Source: Candidatus Hodarchaeota archaeon
Lineage (GTDB): Archaea > Asgardarchaeota > Heimdallarchaeia > Hodarchaeales > Hodarchaeaceae
Assembly: GCA_016839815.1 (NCBI GenBank)
Contig: JAEOTM010000204.1
Location: 1 to 64,000, forward strand
Direction: 5' to 3'
Length of the DNA: 64,000 nucleotides
In this document: positions 60,952 to 64,000 of the stretch, one piece after another
How positions within the stretch are numbered: the first letter of the stretch is position 1
Layout of the letters: every line of letters starts with the position of its first letter
Program-made: the position numbers and the translations under genes
The notes under the pieces: generated by a model
The model's input: only the letters and a program-made list of their open reading frames with translations
What the model was told of the DNA's origin: nothing
The model's database searches: none

Positions 60952-61476
60952 ATGAATTCAGCAACACAACACAAGTTCAAGTGGCCTATAGGTGTTACTT
61001 TACAATTCTCCGCATCCGCCGAAGAAGTATGGGATCTAATATCCACTCCAGAAATTTTGGAGAAAACTCATCCATTCTGTAAAAGAAACCCAGTTCATAC
61101 CTGGTTTGGTGAGGGATCCAAGGATACTATTGAATATTACAATGGTAGAATCATGCATAGAGAGTTTTACTTTTGGAAAGAAGGACTGGGATATGATCTC
61201 TTGATTGGTCGAGAAGGAGGACGAAAATCAAAAGTGACATGGAGAATTAAACCTCAAGATACAGAAAATAGTGCTCTAACGATTACGATTTTTCCGAATA
61301 ATCTACAGGAGCGGTCGTGGATAAGATCAGTGCTTTTATACTACAGTGTAGTCAAACCTATGCTTAAAAAATATCTTCTTTCGGTATTAACTGGATTCGA
61401 TCATTACCTCAACACTGGTGAGCCAGTCTCCAAAAACCAGTTTGGTACTCATAAATGGTTCTCTACTCAAGATTAG
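60952..61476 (+). CDS. SRPBCC (START-like) domain protein
   Basis: 'ASAEEVWDLISTP' N-terminal pattern and C-terminal helix. Confidence 0.7.
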   Translation: MNSATQHKFKWPIGVTLQFSASAEEVWDLISTPEILEKTHPFCKRNPVHTWFGEGSKDTIEYYNGRIMHREFYFWKEGLGYDLLIGREGGRKSKVTWRIKPQDTENSALTITIFPNNLQERSWIRSVLLYYSVVKPMLKKYLLSVLTGFDHYLNTGEPVSKNQFGTHKWFSTQD

Positions 61477-61574
61477 TTGTTCCAAATACATCCTCAATCA
61501 ATTCCAAGGTGAGGAGCTGGAAGGGAAATTCTACCCAAATCTATTTAAAATCATTAAAAGTGTAAAGTTGATTT

Positions 61575-62426
61575 ATGTGCCTCACCTGCTACCAACATAC
61601 ACGGAAAATCTGGTACCAACAAAAAGATGCGTATGATATCAGTTCTGGACGATTTTTGAAAATCTTTCCTGGAAAATTTCGGGAACATTGGTATAATTTT
61701 TATGGTGCACGTCTGCAAAAGATGGTAGATAATGCCACCTATGATATTGCTGCTGATGCGAATCGGAAACCGTACACAGGCCTGAAAAAAGCATTTTACA
61801 ATTATTTTGCAAGGAATTTTTTAGGGGGACAAGTAGCTTCGTCTCTTGATGAATTACTCCAAGTACTTGAGAACGCAGAGGACCTCTATTTACATTATTG
61901 CAGTTGTAAAAAGGGAGCAACAGGTGAAGCTGATCTTCGATGTATTTTTATCAATCATTTAGCTCGGTACAATCGGAAACGTCATATTGAGGGCGAAGGA
62001 CGCTTTCTCGACAAGGATGAAGCTAAAGAGATTATTATTGATCGTCGAAATCAAGGACATTATGGGACCATTTTGTGGGGGATGCGGCCCAATATTGATA
62101 GTATCTGTAATTGTGATCAGAATTGTGCTGGTTTGTATACTCCTGAAATCCGTTGGGGACTCCTCCCATCATTCATGATTAGTCAAGTTGTGAATGCTGA
62201 TAAATGTGATCCACACTGCAATAGCTGCTTAACTACCTGCTATTCAAAAGCGATTCTTAAACAAGAAGACTCTCCAGTAGATAGCGTGGATCAGGAAAAA
62301 TGTATAGGCTGTAATTTATGTGTCGAACGTTGTCCATATGGTGTGTTTGTGAGTACCCCACGAAAAATTTACTACGATGCTGCTATTGGCAAGAAAGTGG
62401 AGCTAGAAGCCTTAGAGCTTGAGTAG
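61575..62426 (+). CDS. Cys-rich protein with 2x[4Fe-4S] ferredoxin domain
   Basis: 'CSCK', 'ICNC', 'CNSCLTTC', 'CIGCNLCVERCP'. Confidence 0.85.
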   Translation: MCLTCYQHTRKIWYQQKDAYDISSGRFLKIFPGKFREHWYNFYGARLQKMVDNATYDIAADANRKPYTGLKKAFYNYFARNFLGGQVASSLDELLQVLENAEDLYLHYCSCKKGATGEADLRCIFINHLARYNRKRHIEGEGRFLDKDEAKEIIIDRRNQGHYGTILWGMRPNIDSICNCDQNCAGLYTPEIRWGLLPSFMISQVVNADKCDPHCNSCLTTCYSKAILKQEDSPVDSVDQEKCIGCNLCVERCPYGVFVSTPRKIYYDAAIGKKVELEALELE

Positions 62427-62438
62427 ATCGCTTAGAAC

Positions 62439-62780
62439 CTACTTGTGTGGTAAGGTTGAAGTAAATGCAAGTCCTTTTTCAATCCAAAAATGAAGAATAG
62501 AATCCTCTGAAACACCTTCCTCATCTACAAAGATCATTCCTCTTAATGGTTTCCCAGTAAAGTCCATTTCGCGAGTAAACTCTGTTTTTAATGCTTGTTC
62601 GTAGTGTTCCTTGCCAACTCTCACCATAAGATCGTCCTTTATTACTCCAACAGTCATATTTCCATTCAGCATGAATGCAAGTCCTCCAAACATCTTTTTT
62701 TCGGTTACTCCAGGAGCTGCATCTAAAAATTCTCGAATTCGTTGAGCTAAACCTTCATCATAGACCATTCGGGAGAACAC
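62439..62780 (-). CDS. TfoX N-terminal domain protein
   Basis: 'EKKMFGGLAFMLNGNM', 'LMVRVG', 'MDFTGKPLRG'; true start probably MVYDE. Confidence 0.9.
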   Translation of the reverse strand: MFSRMVYDEGLAQRIREFLDAAPGVTEKKMFGGLAFMLNGNMTVGVIKDDLMVRVGKEHYEQALKTEFTREMDFTGKPLRGMIFVDEEGVSEDSILHFWIEKGLAFTSTLPHK

Positions 62781-62936
62781 CTGTTGAAGATGGATAATTA
62801 AGTAGAAGATTGTGTAAGAAAATATAGATACTTGTGTGAAAATCTCGTTTTGAGATTTATAAATTCACCCTGCCAGAATGACAACGTAATGAGCGAGATT
62901 TTAATAGAAAAGTCAGAAAAAAGAAGAGAATGGGTA

Positions 62937-63131
62937 TTAATACCCAATAGGGGGATAAGGTCCTTCTAGCGGGTCAGCTATCCCTTGACTGAGAGCAAAG
63001 AATGTTACAACCAGCCAAAGGGTGATCCAGAAGATTTTCATCCAATTTTTTCGCTTCGGGATTCGATTAAACACTTTTGGTCTCCTTCTGTATAATTTGT
63101 CAAAAAGGACTCTGAGCAATCTACTGCTCAA
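62937..63131 (-). CDS. small secreted peptide precursor (putative)
   Basis: Basic N-region, hydrophobic h-region, G-I-A cleavage-like site, 12-aa tail DPLEGPYPPIGY; TATA at 63151-63157, pyrimidine/T tract downstream. Confidence 0.55.
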   Translation of the reverse strand: MSSRLLRVLFDKLYRRRPKVFNRIPKRKNWMKIFWITLWLVVTFFALSQGIADPLEGPYPPIGY

Positions 63132-63218
63132 TGAGTATTGTGATTCAGGCTTATATATTCGAAAGCAGTTCTTGGGAGACTTTAATCAAAAAGAGGGGTA
63201 AACTAATGGGGAAAGTTA

Positions 63219-64000
63219 ATGCACCAAAGTCAGGAAGTAGAGCCTCTTTTTGAATCTACTGCCATTGTAGATCCTTTTGTACGAGATTTCTGTGCATTTT
63301 GGGAACACATTCACACCGAAGTGATAAAACGTAGGGTACGGAAAATATCGAAAACCGCAGAAATCACTCAAGCTCTCAAAGATGTCCAAACTATTCGTTT
63401 TTATGAAAAGTACAAATCTCATCCCTTACTTGAATACTCGGAAGCGTGGATGAAAACATTGGGGTCATTCTCAATCCTCTGGTATGGAGGTCGTGTGTTA
63501 ATTCCCCTTCGATTAGTAACTTATGAGCTAGCATATGCACAGGATCAATTATTACATACGTTCTTGAAGAATATCTCAACCAATCAGATCCAAGGAAATG
63601 AGGAGACCTTATTTCGGGTTCTTTTTCCCAAGTTACTTGAAATGGCACTTCCTTTATCTAAATCAGATCTTATTTTATTGAAAGGATTCCAAACGGCATA
63701 TATAAAAAGTCAGAACCGTCGAACTGGACCCTCCACTCAAACCTTTGCATACCATATTCCGGAATTAAACGCTGAGACGATCCGCAATAAACTAGAATAT
63801 TTCCGTTATTTTCAGCTAGCCATCCCTATGCATTTTCTCGATATGGGAAAATTAGGTTATGAAACATATCTAACAGTCCATTCGAGCATGGTACCTGACC
63901 AGCTTTCACGATATTGCCTAATAGATATCAACATGGGAAGTGCACGATTAGGCCTTTTCCAACTGCCTTATAGTAGACCGGAACTACTTACACTTCTAAA
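63219..64000 (+). CDS. large Lrp/AsnC-like regulator, runs off the window end, absent from the ORF track
   Basis: Open frame MHQSQEVEPLF...PLSKSDLILLK...ETIRNKLE...FLDMGKLGYETYL... with no stop to 64000. Confidence 0.7.
   Translation, partial: MHQSQEVEPLFESTAIVDPFVRDFCAFWEHIHTEVIKRRVRKISKTAEITQALKDVQTIRFYEKYKSHPLLEYSEAWMKTLGSFSILWYGGRVLIPLRLVTYELAYAQDQLLHTFLKNISTNQIQGNEETLFRVLFPKLLEMALPLSKSDLILLKGFQTAYIKSQNRRTGPSTQTFAYHIPELNAETIRNKLEYFRYFQLAIPMHFLDMGKLGYETYLTVHSSMVPDQLSRYCLIDINMGSARLGLFQLPYSRPELLTLL

Noticed and set aside
4074-63648. Many 60-150 aa track ORFs antisense to or overlapping long genes (e.g. 7276, 9831, 12656, 17645, 23088, 29957, 40723, 45975, 63216, 63391)
   Set aside because: Shadow frames of well-supported genes, with no motifs or independent signals

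Overview
AT-rich archaeal chromosomal segment, most likely from an Asgard archaeon (Heimdallarchaeia/Hodarchaeales-like). This is inferred from archaeal core genes (PAN, aMBF1, RpoL/RpoP, uS8/uL6, type II MetAP, BHB-intron tRNAs) together with Rab-like GTPases and a TPR-longin protein. About 1-26 kb is mostly housekeeping: a MoxR/DUF58 operon, acs with a divergent OFA transporter, a cobO/isobutyryl-CoA-mutase-type cluster and four tRNAs that all carry non-canonical introns (tRNA-Asn has three). About 26-64 kb is accessory. The strongest novel-system candidate is a three-gene module (orphan membrane-anchored solute-binding protein, membrane-tethered winged-helix factor, secreted protein) whose two promoters share an 18-bp palindromic operator and near-identical BRE/TATA geometry. 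Next come candidate peptide-signalling units: two unannotated 11-codon MMPP-x6-K micro-ORFs, and a signal-peptide precursor of a 12-aa peptide divergent from a large Lrp-like regulator. Other leads are a polyproline/WH2-like protein, a triple PRC-barrel CdvA-like protein, degenerate Rab-like GTPases and structured leaders upstream of acs and rps8. No CRISPR array, rRNA, integrase or transposase was seen. All family calls are by motif recognition; no database search was run.
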